A stretch of DNA of 64,000 bases, taken from positions 80,910,001-80,974,000 of the forward strand of contig NC_091987.1 in NCBI RefSeq assembly GCF_044704955.1, in the 5' to 3' direction. Below are positions 11,217 through 23,920 of this stretch, in pieces. The notes below the pieces were generated by a model. The model did no database searches, was not told the DNA's origin, and saw only the letters and a program-made list of their open reading frames with translations. Made by a program: the position numbers and the translations under genes. Within the stretch, counting starts at the first letter, position 1. Every line of letters begins with the position of its first letter. The stretch comes from Pristiophorus japonicus. Its lineage: Eukaryota.

Positions 11217-13462
11217 GGCCCTTTGGGGAAGAGTGACCATTAATATGGTAGAATTCTTTATTAAGATGGAGACTGACACAGCTAATTCAGAGACTAGGGT
11301 CCTGAACTTAAGGAAAGGTAACTTCGATGGTATGAGACGTGAATTGGCTCAAATAGACTGGAAAATGATACTTAAAGGGTTGACGATGGATAGGCAATGG
11401 CAAACATTTAAAGATCACATGGATGAACTTCAACAATTGTACATCCCTGTCCGGAGTAAAAATAAAACGGGGAAGGTGGCTCAACCGTGGCTAACAAGGG
11501 AAATTAAGGATAGTGTTAAATCCAAAGAAGATGCATATAAATTGGCCAGAAAAAGCAGCAAACCGAAGGACTGGGAGAAATTTAGAATTCAGCAGAGGAG
11601 GACAAAGGGTTTAATTAGGAGGGGAAAATAGAGTATGAGAGGAAGCTTGCCGGGAACATAAAAACTAACTGCAAAAGCTTCTATAGATATGTGAAGAGAA
11701 AAAGATTAGTGAAGACAAACGTAGGTCCCTTGCAGTCAGATTCAGGTGAATTTCAGGTGGGGAACAAAGAAATAGCAGACCAGTTGAACAAATACTTTGG
11801 TTCTGTCTTCACGAAGGAAGACACAAATAACCTTCCGAAAATACTAAGGGACCGAGGGTCTAGTGAGAAGGAGAAACTGAAGGATATCCTTATTAGGCGG
11901 GAGATTGTGTTAGGGAAATTGATGGGATTGAAGGCCAATAAGTCCCCAGGGCCTGATAATCTGCATCCCAGAGTACTTAAGGAAGTAACCCTAGAAATAG
12001 TGGTTGCATTGGTGATCATTTTCCAACAGCCTAGCTACTCTGGATCAATTCCTATGGACTGGAGGATAGCTAATGTAACACCACTTTTTAAGAAAGAAGG
12101 GAGAGCGAAAATGGGTAATTATAGACCGGTTAGCCTGACATCAGTACTGGGGAAAATGTTGGAATCAATTATTAAAGATGAAATAACAGCACATTTGGAA
12201 AGCAGTGACAGGATAAGTCCAATTCAACATGGATTTATGAAAGGGAAATCATGCTTGACAAATCTTCTAGAATTTTTTGAGGATGCAACGAGTAGAGTGG
12301 ACAAGGGAGAATCAGTGGATGTGGTGTATTTGGACTTTCAAAAGGCTTTTGACAAGGTTCCACACAAGAGATTGGTGTGCAAAATTAAAGCACATGGTAT
12401 TGGGGGTAATGTATTGACGTGGATAGAGAACTGATTGGCAGACAGGAAGCAGAGAGTCGGGATAAATGGGTCCTTTTCAGAATGACAGGCAGTGACTAGT
12501 GGGGTGCCGCAGGGCTCAGTGCTGGGACCCCAGCTATTTACAATATACATTAATGATTTGGATGAAGGAATTGAGTGTAATATCCCCAAGTTTGCAGATG
12601 ACACTAAACTGCCTGACTGTGTAAGCTATGAGGAGGATGCTAAGAGGCTGCAAGTTGACTTGGACAGGTTCGGTGAGTGGGCAAATGCATGGCAGATGCA
12701 GTATAATGTGGACAAAAATGAGATTATCCACTTTGGTGGCAAAAACACGAAGGCAGAATATTATCTGAATGGCGGCAGAGTAGGAAAAGGGGAGGTGCAA
12801 CGAGACCTGGGTGTCATGGTACATCAGTCATTGAAAGTTGGCATGCAGGTATAGCAGGTGCTAAAGAAGGCAAATGGTATGTCGGCCTTCATAGCTAGGG
12901 GTTTTGAGTTTTGGAGCAGAGATGTCTTACTGCAGTTGTACAGGGCCTTGGTGAGGCCTCACCTGGAATATTGTGTTCAGTTTTGGTCTCCTAATCTGAG
13001 GAAGGACGTTCTTGCTATTGAGGGAGTGCAGCGAAGGTTCACCAGACTGATTCTCGGGATGGCTGGACTGAAATATGAGGAGAGACTGGATCGACTAGGA
13101 TTATATTCACTGGAGTTTAGAAGGATGAGTGGAGATCTCATAGAAACATATAAAATTCTTATGGGACTGGACAGGTTAGATACAGGAAGAATGTTCCCGA
13201 TGTTGGGGAAGAAACTTCTTCACTCAGAGTTGTTAACCTGTAGAATTCCCTACCGCAGAGAGTTGTTGATGCAAGTTCATTCGATATATTCGAGAGGGAG
13301 TTAGATATGGCCCTAATGGCTAAAGGGATCAAGGGGTATGGAGAGAAAGCAGGAAAGGGGTACTGAGGTGAATGATCAGCCATGATCTTATTAATGGTGG
13401 TGCATGCTCGAAGGGCCGAATGACCTACTCCTGCACCTATTTTCTATGTTTCTATGTTTCTA
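11217..13462 (+). mobile_element. CR1 LINE, 5'-truncated, inserted in Gypsy pol
   Basis: KSPGPD, YLDFQKAFDKVPH, GVPQGSVLGP, FADD; (TTTCTATG)n tail. Confidence 0.95.
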
Positions 13463-14021
13463 AATGTCCTTACAGGACTGTCTTTTGTGGGGTAATCACG
13501 TGGTCTTGCCCAAGAAAGGCAGAGAATCATTCATGTGACCTACACAGCACCCACCCAGGCATTGTAATGATGAAAGCCATTACCAGATCCCATGTTTGGT
13601 GGGCCGCCATGGACTCAGATTTAGAGTCATGCGTGCGCCAGTGCAACACTTGCTCTCAACTGAGCAATACACCCAGAGAGGCACTGCTAAGTTTGTGGTC
13701 GTGGCCCTCCAAACCGTGGTCAAGGATCCATGTTGACTATGCAGGCCCATTTCTAGGCAAAATGTTCTTGGTTGTTGTGGATGTTTATTCAAAATGAATT
13801 GAATGTGTAATAATGTCTGTAAGCAAGTCCACGGCCACCATCGAAAGCCTACGAGCCATGTTTGCCACACACGGCCTGCCTGTTGTCCTAGTCAGCGACA
13901 ATGGGCCATATTTCACCAGTGCTGTATTCAAGGAATTCATGACCCGCAATGGGATCAAGCACGTCACATCTGCCCCGTTCAAGCCCACATCCAATGGCCA
14001 GGCAGAACGGGCAGTTTAAAC

Positions 14022-17000
14022 TGTTAGATATGTGGACCTGTACAGTCACCACAGGGCTCTTCCCCTGGAATCCCAAGGGATCCCATGATCCCTTGGAAAC
14101 ACGGGTATTTAAGGAGGCTTCATAAGGTGGAGAGGCTCTCTGGAGAACTGCAATAAAAGACTAAGGTCACACTTTACTTTGAGCTCACAGTGTTCAGTCT
14201 GACTCTTTCTCCATACACAACAATTGGCGATGAGATACAGATAGCGAACCCAAAGATGCAGAGAACAGTGGGCATCCTGGAGAAATTTTCGGAGGGAGAT
14301 GATTGTGAAACTTTTGTGGAGCGACTCGACCAATACTTTGTGGCCAGCGAGCTAGATGGGGAGGAGAGCGCTGCCAAAGGAAGGGTGATCCTCCTCACCG
14401 TCTGTGGGGCACCAACGTATGGCTTCATGAATAACCTCCTCCAGAAGAATCTGCTCACACCAGCAAAACCATACTTCGCAAACTTATGACTGTAGAGACC
14501 CAAACCTTGAGTAAGGCCATAACGATAGCCCAGGTGTTCATTGCCACAGTGACAATACGAAGCAAATCTCTCAACACAGAAGTGTTGCTACAAGTACTGT
14601 GAACAAAGTGACATTGTTTTCAAATCGCAACGTACAGGGCAGGTCACACATACCTGCAGCTGCACGTCCGCAGATGACTCAGAGTCCACCATCATGGGTG
14701 ATGAATGCAAGGCCATTAACACCTTGTTGGTGCTGCGGGAGTGATCAATGTTTCCATTCATGCCGATTCAAAGAGTACGTTTGCAAGGGCTGTGGAACAA
14801 TGGGACACCTCCAACGAACGTGCAGGCGAGCTACAAATCCTGTTAAACCTGCAAACTACCATGTTGCAGAGGAGGACAGATCCACGGAGGATCACGAAAA
14901 ACCAGAACCTCGGATTGAGGAGGCAGAGGTACATGGGGTGCACACGTTCACCACGAATTGTCCCCCGATAATGTTGAATGTTGAACTAAATGGACTCCCG
15001 ATGTCACTGGAGCTGGACATGGGCGCGAGCCAGTCCATCATGGGCAAAAAGACTTTCGAAAGGTTGTGGTGCAACACAGCCAGTCTTAATTCCAGTTCGC
15101 ACGAGACTAAGAACGTACACAAAAGAACTGATTCCTATAATCGGCAGTGCTACCATAAAGGTCTCCTATGATGGAGCGGTGCACAAGCCACCATTCTGGG
15201 TGGTACCGGGCAATGGTCCCACTCTGCTCGGCAGGAGCTGACTGGGAAAGATACACTGGAACTGGGACAACGTCCGAGTGCTATTGCCCGCTGACGACAC
15301 TTTGTGTACCCAGGTCTTAAACAAATTTCCTTCGCTGTTCGAACCAGGCATCGGGAAACTCCAAGGAGCAAAAGTGCAGATCCACCTAATTCCAGGGGCG
15401 CGATCCATCCATCACAAGGCGAGAGCAGTACAGTACATGATGAGAGAAAGGGTAGAGATCGAGCTATACTGGCTGCAAAGAGAGGGCATCATTTCACCGA
15501 TCGAGTTCAGCGAGTGAGCCAGTCCTATTGTCCCGGTCCTCAAGGGAAATGGCACTATCAGAATCTGTGGCGATTACAAATTAATTATCAATCGTTTCTC
15601 CCTGCAGGACCAATACCCACTACCAAATGCCAACAACCTCCTTGCAACGCTGGCGGGAGGAAAGACGTTCACGAAGCTGGATCTGACTTCAGCCCACATG
15701 ACGCTAGAACTGGAGGAATCATCGAAGGCCCTCATCTGCATTAACACGCAAAAAGGTCTTTTTGTTTATAACAGATGCCCATTTGGAATCCGATCAACAG
15801 CGGCGATATTCCAGAGAAACATGGAAAGTTTACTGAGATCGGTCCCGCACAGCGTGGTCTTCCAGGACGACATCTTGGTCACAGGTCGGAACATCGTCGA
15901 GCACCTGCAGAACCTGGAGGAGGTTTTAACCAGAGCCCCACTCAACCGCGTGGGGCTCAGGTTAAAACGCTCAAAGTGCGTTTTTCTGGCACCTGAAGTG
16001 GAGTTCTTGGGAAGGAGGATTGCGGTGGACGGCATCAGGCCCACCAACGCGAAGTCGGAGGCAATCGAGAACGCACCGAAGCCACAGAACGTGACGGAGC
16101 TGCGGTCGTTTCTGGGACTCTTGAACTACTTTGGTAACTTCTTACCGGGTCTCAGCCCACTGTTCGAAGCACTACATGTCTTACTATGAAAAGGCGACGA
16201 ATGGGTTTGGGGCAAAAGCCAAGAAAATGCCTTTGTAAAATCGAGAAAATTGTTGTGCTCAAACAAATTGCTTGTGTTGTATGATCCATGTAAGCGTTTG
16301 GTACTAGCATGTGATGCGTCGTCATATGGCATCGGGGTGTGTATTGAAACAAGCTAATCATTTCGGGAAACTGCAACCGGTTGCTTATGCATCCAGGGGT
16401 CTGTCTAAGTCTGAGAGAGCCTACAGCATGATTGAAAAAGAAGCGTTAGCGTGTGTCTATGGGGTAAAGAAAATGCATCAATACCTATTTGGGCTAAAAT
16501 TCGAATTGGAAACTGACCATAAGCCACTTATATCCCTGTTTTCTGAGAGTAAAGGGATAAATACCAACGCATCAGCCCGCATCTAGAGATGGGCGCTTAC
16601 ATTGTATGCATACAACTACGCCATCCGCCACAGGCCAGGCATAGAAAACTGCGCCGATGCTTTCAGTAGGCTGCCATTGCCCATCACGGGGGTGGAAATG
16701 GTACAGCCCGCAGATCTAGCCATGGTTATGGAAGCATTTGAGAGTCAGCAATCACCCATCACTGCCCGGTAGATCAAAATCTGGACAAGCCAGTGCCCCT
16801 TATTATCTCTAGTCAAAAGCTGTGTGCTTCACAAGAGCTGGTCCAATGTCCCAGTGGAAATGCAGGAAGAGATAAAGCCGTTCCAGCGGCGCAAAGATGA
16901 AATGTCTATGCAGGCAGACTGCCTTCTGTGGGGCAATCAAGTAGTGGTCCCCAAGAAGGGCAGAGACACTTTCATCAATGACCTCCACAGTACCCACCCA

Positions 17001-18351
17001 GGCATCGTAATGATGAAAACGATAGCCAGATCCCACGTGTGGTGGCCCGGTATGGATGCGGACTGAGAGTCCTGCGTTCACAGATGTAATACATGCTCGC
17101 AGTTAAGCAATGTACCCAGGGAGGCGCCGCTAAGGTTATGGTCTTGGCCCTCCAAACCGTGGTCTAGGGTACACGTCGACTATGCAGGCCCGTTCTTGGG
17201 TAAAATGTTCCTTGTGGTTGTAGGCGCGTACTCCAAGTGGAATGAATGTGAGATAATGTCGGCTAGCACGTCCGCTGTCACTACTGAAAGCCTGCGGGAC
17301 ATGTTTGCCACTAATGACTTACCCGATGTCCTGGTGAGTGACAACGGGACATGTTTTATCAGTGCTGAGTTCAAAGAATTCATGACCCGTAATGGGATCA
17401 AACATGTCACATCTGCCCCGTTTAAACCAGCGTCCAATGGTCAGGCAGAGAGAGCAGTGCAAACCATCAAGCAGGGCTTGAAGAGGGTAACTGAAGGCTC
17501 ACTGCAGACTCGCCTATCCTGAGTCCTGCTTAGCTACCGCAAGAGACCCCACTCACTCACTAGGATCCCCCCTGCTGAACTGCTCATGAAAAGAGCACTT
17601 AAGACTAGGCTCCACATGAACAGGTAGGAGCAGGCAGCTTCAACAAAGTGCATACCATGATAGAGCAAATGTGTCACACAAGATTGAAATCAATGATCCT
17701 GTATTTGTATTAAATTATGGACAAGGCCCCAAGTGGATTCCCGGCACTGTTGTGGCCAAAGAGGAGAGCAGGGTGTTTCGGGTCAAACTTTCAAATGGAC
17801 ACCTTCACCGGAAACACTTAGACCAGATCAAACTCAGATTCATGGACTATCCTGAGCAACCCACCTTGGACCCTACCTTTTTTGATTCCCCAACATACAC
17901 ACCAGTGGCAACCGGCACCACGGTTGACCACGAAGCAGAATCCATAATCCACAGCAGCCCAGCAGGGCCCAACACACCAGGCAGCCCAGCAAGGCCAACT
18001 GCACAGCAGCCCAGCGAGGGCCCAACAAATGATTCAACAACACCAGCTTTCACACCGAGACGATCAACCAGGGCAAGAAGGGCCCCAGATCGACTCACGT
18101 TGTAAATAGTTACACTATTGACTTTGGGGGGGGGATTGTTGTTAGATATATGGACTTGTATTTACTCTGTACAGCCACCAGAGGGCTCTTCCCCTGGAGT
18201 CCCAAGGGATCCCATAATCCCTTGGGAGCACAGGTATTTAAGGAGGCTTCACATGTTGGAGAGGCAGTCTGGAGAACTGCAATAAAAGAATAAGGTCACA
18301 CTTTACTTTGAGCTCACAGTGTTCAGTCTGATTCTTTCTCTATACACAACA
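14022..18351 (+). mobile_element. Second Gypsy element nested in the integrase of the first
   Basis: LTRs 14022-14222 and 18140-18351, TSD TAAAC/CAAAC, PBS TGGCGATGAG, poly-G PPT. Host integrase ...AERAV|QTIKQ resumes at 18352. Confidence 0.95.
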
Positions 18352-20183
18352 CAAACCATCAAACAAAGTTTGAAACACGTGCTGGAAGGCTCCCTGCAGA
18401 CCTGACTGTCCCGAGTTCTGCTCAGCTACTGCACCAGACCCCACTCGCTCACCGGGGTTCCCCCAGCTGAGCTGCTCATGAAAAGGGCGCTCAAAACAAG
18501 GCTCTCTCTTGTCCACCCTGATCTCCATGATCACGTCGAGGGCAGGCGGCATCAACAAAGCATGTACCATGATCGTGAAAATTTGTCACGCGTTATTGGG
18601 GTCAATGACCCTGTGTTTGTATTCAATTATGGACATGGTCCCAAATGGCTCGTTGGCCCAGTGATAGCCAAAGTAGGGAGTAGGGTGTTTCAGGTCAAAT
18701 TGGCCAATGGACTAACATGCAGAAAGCATTTGGACCAAACCAAATTGCGGTTCACTAACAGCTACGAGCAACCCAAAGAGGACACCACCAACTTCGACCC
18801 TCCAACCAACACACAAGTGGCAACCGACATCACGGTTGATCACGAAGCCAAACTCACCATCCCCAGCAGCCCGGCAAGGCCAGCTGCCCAGCAGCCCAGT
18901 GAAGAACCAACCAACTCACCCACACCTACATTTGTACCGAGATGATCGACAAGCAAGCGAAATGCCCCAGATCGTCTCAACCTGTAAATAAATGTACTAT
19001 TGAATTTATGAGGGAGTGATGTTATGTATTTAACCCTTGGCAACCTGTATCACACCACCACCAGATGGCCGACCTGTTGGAATCCCAAGGGATCCCAGCA
19101 GCCCTTGGGAGCTCTTTATATAAGCAGGCCTCCCATGCGGTACCTGCACTCTGGAGTCTACTTAAAGGAGCTAAGGTCACACTTATTCATTGCTTACAGT
19201 ACTCAGTTTCATTCTTTATTATGAGCATAACAAAATCAAAGTATGAAACCTAGTATGAAATCAATTAAAAGTGTCTTGTGAAAAGCATATCACTGCTTGT
19301 TTTAATGATACTAGTTTGTTATAGCGAGAGGTTTGTAATCTCGGTTTGAAAGACTTTGTCACAAGTGCTTTATAACTTAATTGTTTGGTTCAATGAGAGT
19401 TGTGCATTTCCAATTAAATCATGTACATTGAGAATGCAGCATTGAGAATTGTGCCAGCAGAAGGACTGATTTGGTTATTTCTCATCTTCCAACAATAACC
19501 TGTGCAAGGATCCTGCATGGTTCTGCACTGCTTCTAACATCAATGCACCTTCTTGGTGAGTGTATATCTCTCACAGCGCTGGAATAGGCTTCTCACAGCT
19601 GAAACAAAATTGAAACCGTGTATTGCTTGTACTGGAGAGTTTTAGACACATTTAATACCTGCAAATGTATAGAAGTGTCTTTTTCAAAAACACTGCTCAC
19701 CTACCACCATGTTAACAGTGGAGACAAGTTCACGCTGCAGTATTCACGGCACAGATTTAGAATGAACCTTTTTTGACTTTGATGTTTAATTAAAATTACA
19801 CAAAAAATTATCGGTAGCAGAAAATTAGATCAATAAAGTTGATACCATTCTATTACCAGTCACACTTTATCACATTTTTCTGTACACAAAAGCCTCATGA
19901 AACACAGTTTACTTTCCAAACCCATGACAGATTCCTTTTTAAATAATTTAGTTTTCTGTGAATATAAACAATGCATCAGAAGAATACAAGCCAACACCGG
20001 GTGGTATACTGCATGGTATTTAGGCCACCTGAATGTTTGACAAAGATATCCTGCAAGGCCAGGAACTTCAGTGATAGAAAAATGACAATCAGTACCAGCA
20101 GGTTATCCTCTTGGAACTGAAAAATGTTATACGGGCTGTTCTCTCAACTTCACTCACATTATCAAAAAAATAAGCATCCTTAC

Positions 20184-20238
20184 CTAGAGTAACCATGAGG
20201 AGAATCCACTTGGTAAAACAGATAACGAGTGAAGACAT
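20184..20238 (-). CDS. IgSF V-C1 receptor copy A, exon 1 (signal peptide MSSLVICFTKWILLMVTL)
   Basis: ATG at 20238, 18 mostly hydrophobic codons +1 nt, strong donor G|GTAAGG. Phase 1 joins the V exon in frame (G+AT=Asp). Identical coding exon in copy B. Confidence 0.85.
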
Positions 20239-20339
20239 TTTGCCCAGCAACAGCTTTGTTCAGTTCTGGGACAAGGATAGCAACAGTTGTTCAGTTGGCG
20301 AGAGTGTCCAATCGTGCTTCTGCCAGAAAGGTGAAATGG

Positions 20340-20395
20340 ACCTCTGTGGGTTCTTTCTACAGCGGTCTTCCTGTTTGACAGGACATTGTGGTGTT
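20340..20395 (-). promoter_or_regulatory. Putative proximal promoter of copy A with adjacent ETS (CAGGAAG) and RUNX (ACCACA) sites
   Basis: cttcctg at 20367-20373 and tgtggt at 20387-20392, about 130-150 nt upstream of the ATG. Both are retained in copy B (62413-62438). Motif match only. Confidence 0.35.
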
Positions 20396-20582
20396 TGAGC
20401 AATAATCTTTAAATATATATCAAACATTAAACATCTTATTAAAAAGAAAAACAAGTTTAAAGCATATCTGGCTGTGATGATGCGTTACATGTCTCTGTTG
20501 AGACTGTACAATTGTGGTATATTTTTCATTAGTTTTTCTGAAACTTCGCTTCTGCAACTAAAGTAATTTCTTGTTTAAATTA

Positions 20583-20780
20583 ACTGGGTGTGGGGATTTG
20601 GAACGCACTGCCTGATAGGGTGGTAGATACAGATTCAATAGTAGTCCTCAAAAGGGAATTGGATAAATTGCAGGGATATGAGGAAAGAGTGGGAGTAACT
20701 TGACTGCTCTTCGAAAGAGCCGACGCAGACTCAATGGGCTGAATGGCCTCCTTCTGTGCTGTACTATTCTTTGATTCTAT
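20583..20780 (+). mobile_element. CR1-type 3' end fragment
   Basis: WNALP...KRELDK and GAATGGCCTCCTTCTGTGCTGTA..TTCTAT tail; also at about 62630-62826. Confidence 0.7.
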
Positions 20781-21766
20781 GGGCTAGAAATTCGTGGCCT
20801 GAGTGCTACTCCGTGCCATTAAATGGCACTAAAACACCGGCTGCCGCTCTTTCACCAGCTGGTGGCAGGTCCTGCAGCGGCTGCCATTTTCATCCCTACA
20901 TTTGTGCTGCCAGTAACTGTCAGCGTCATGCTGGAAAAAATGGCGGCGTGGTGATGTCAATCGGCGTCCAATGCCAAGTTAACATTACCAACAGGAACTT
21001 CGACATTAACGTTGAATTCAATGCTGGGTTCTAAGCATGCCAGCAGACAGATAGTGGCGATGTCTGCACCTCTTAAAGGGACACAGCCTTCAAATAAGAT
21101 TGAATTTAAGCTTTGGACTGGGTATTTTTGATTTTATTGAAGTAATAACTTTCTGCAATAGATGTTAAAAGTTTTTTAAGGGTGTACAGAGTGCTGCTGG
21201 ATGCTTGCAAGAGCTTGGATCGTAAATGAAGGACAGAAAATGCTGCCAATACTCAGCAGATCAGACAATATCCATGGAGAGAAAAACAGAGTTCACGACT
21301 CAGGGCAAGATGCTGCCTGACTAGCTGAGTATTTCCAGCATTTTATGTTGTCATTTCAGATTTACAGCATCCGCTAGCAGGGGGAAGAGGAAGACACAGA
21401 GGAGGAAGATGCAGAAGGAAGGATGCAACCAGACCGTCTGTTCTGGCCGAGATATCCAGGATGGAATCATCCACCTGCAGTCCCAATGATCATAACCCCA
21501 ATTCCTCTTTCAACATTAGTCCCACACCTTACCTTCCCTCTGTTATTAACTATCACAGCATTCTCTCGGCCACGATGCTGAAATAAAAGCCACCACAAAG
21601 CAAACTTTCCAATCCAACTATATACATCAATCCATCCAATATGACAGCAAGAAATCAACTCATCACCCTTATGCATTCTGTTAGTGACTATCTTATGTGT
21701 GCATTTGCCTATCCTACTGATGTCACCCAGTAGCTGCAGCATAGATGGTGGAAGGCTGCTGACTTT

Positions 21767-23158
21767 CATAAGAAATAGGAGCAGGAGTAGGCCATTTAAT
21801 AAAATCATGGCTGATCTGATCATGGACTCAGCTCCACTTCCCTGCCATTCCCCATAACCCTTTATTCCCTTATCGCTCAAAAATCTGTCAATCTCTACCT
21901 TAAATATATTCAATGACGCAGCCTCCACAGCTCTCTGGGCAGATAATTCCATAGATTTACAATCCTCTGAGAGAAGACATTCCTCCTCATCTCAGTTTTA
22001 AATTAGCGGTGCCTTATTCTGAGACTATGTTCCCTAGTTTTAGTCTCCCCTATGAATGGAAATATCCTCTCTGCATCCACCTTGTCGAGCCCCCTCATTA
22101 TCTTATATATTTCGATAAGATCACCTCTCATTCTTCTGAACTCCAATGTGTATAGGCCCAACCTACTCAACCTATCTTCATAAGTCAACCTCCTCATCTC
22201 CGGAATCAACCTAGTGAACCTTCTCTGAACAGCCTGCAATGAAAGTATATCCTTCCTTAAATACGGAGACCAAAACTGTACGCAATACTCTCGGTGTGGC
22301 TTCACCAATACCCTGTACAGTGGTAGCAAGACTTCTCTGCTTTTATATTCTATCCACCTTGCAATAAAGGCCAACATTCCATTTGCTTTCTTGATTACTT
22401 GCTGTACCTTCATACTAACGTTTTGTGTTTCATGCACAAGGACCCCCAGGTCCCTCTGTACTGCAGCACTTTGCAATTTTTCTCCATTTAAATTAGAATT
22501 TGCTTTTCTTTTTTTTTCTGCCAAAATGGATAACCTCACAGTTTCCCACATTATACTCCATCTGCCAAATTTTTGCCCACTCATTTAACCTGTCTATATC
22601 CCTTTGCAGATTTTTTGTGGCCTCCTCACAATTTGCTTTCCCACCCATCTTTGTATCATCAGCAAACTTGGCTACATTATACTCGGTCCCTTCATCCAAG
22701 TCATTAATATAGATTGTAAATAGTTGAGGACCCAGCATCAAACCGAGGGACCCCACTAGTCACTGTTTGCCAACTGGAAAATGACCCATTTATCCCTACT
22801 CTCTGTTTTCTGTTAGTTAGCCAATCCTCTATCCATGCTAATATATTACCCCCAACACCGTGAATTTTTATCTTTGCTGTAACCTTTTATGTGGCACCTT
22901 ATCGAATGCCTTCTGGAAATCCAAATACATCACATCCACTGGTTCCCCCTTATCCACCCTGCTCATTACATCCTCAAAGAACTCCAGCAAATTAACTTCC
23001 CTTTCATAAAACCATGCTGACTCGTCTTGATTGAATTATGTTTTTCCAAATATCCCACTACTGCTTCCTTAATAATGAACGGCAGCATTTTCCCAACGAC
23101 AGATGTTAGGCTAACTAGTTTATAGTTTCCTGCTTTTTGTCTGCCTCCTTTTTTTAAA
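21767..23158 (-). mobile_element. CR1 LINE, 5'-truncated (its 3' end is shared with 63807-64000)
   Basis: FADDTKMGG and YCVQFWSP ORFs on the minus strand. Confidence 0.92.
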
Positions 23159-23169
23159 TTTCAGAGGGG

Positions 23170-23666
23170 GACACTCAAATGGCCTCGCTGGTTGACCTTG
23201 AGGAGCTGACAGCTGGGAGTGTCAAATCAATCTTCTTCTTCATGTTTCTCTCCCTCTTTTTGGTCATCCATTGGCTGGGCAGGCTGCATTTCTTGAGTGT
23301 GTGAATTGAGAAAGGTTCAATGAGTGAAGTTCTGGTGAGGGAGGGCAGGAAAGCACAAGAAGCATGCCAGAAGGAGGATACCATTTGAGGATACCAGCAT
23401 CTTGTATCCTGTTAGCTCCGCCACTTGCCAAGGACTCAGCCATGCCCCTCCAAGGCTGTGAGGTGAGGCTAGGAATGGGAGATACGCCTCATTATTGTTA
23501 CCGATTGTTGGTAGGTAAGTGAGTGGGGGGCGAGCGGGGGGTGTGGCTGGGGGGAGTTGTGCATTGAGCAGTGTGTGAGGCGAGTGTCATGAAGCTTCTT
23601 TGGACACTGGAGCCAGGTGCTGGGGGTGGCACTGCTGGCAGTGACGGCCTCGGTGATGTAGTCCCA
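23170..23666 (-). mobile_element. Harbinger Myb/SANT-like ORF fragment
   Basis: WDYITEAVTASSATPSTWLQCPKKLHD resembles the Myb/SANT (W..IA..V....RT..QC.KK) protein of PIF/Harbinger elements. Confidence 0.6.
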
Positions 23667-23920
23667 AAACAAAATGAGACGGAACAGTGCCTTGAATCTG
23701 TTGTTGCTTCCCAAATCCGTGCCCGTCTTTCCCACAATTCTATATTTGAATCCCTCCAATGGCGCTATCTGCAGCCTATTTAAAGGTAGGAAGGAGAAGC
23801 ATTAATCTGAAGTCACATTGAGTGTAACTTTTCCGTAGAGGACGCTGCGTGAACCTCTGACTTTAAAGCGGAAGATTTATCTTCATTACAGGGTCCTTAC
23901 AACATAAGTGAAATAATTTA

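Larger units (their letters stand above)
8157..19232 (+). mobile_element. Gypsy/Ty3 LTR retrotransposon (decayed gag-PR-RT-RH-IN) in intron 1 of copy A, containing a nested CR1 and a nested Gypsy
   Basis: 213-bp LTRs 8157-8369 and 19020-19232, perfect TSD AAATC (8152-8156/19233-19237), PBS TGGTGACGAG, PPT, CCHC knuckles, FQDD, ACDAS, VSDNG. Empty site at 61276-61280. Confidence 0.95.
1..21930. repeat. Tandem segmental duplication, unit A (runs off the left edge)
   Basis: Colinear with about 52743-64000 at roughly 95-99% identity, apart from copy-specific insertions. Confidence 0.95.
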
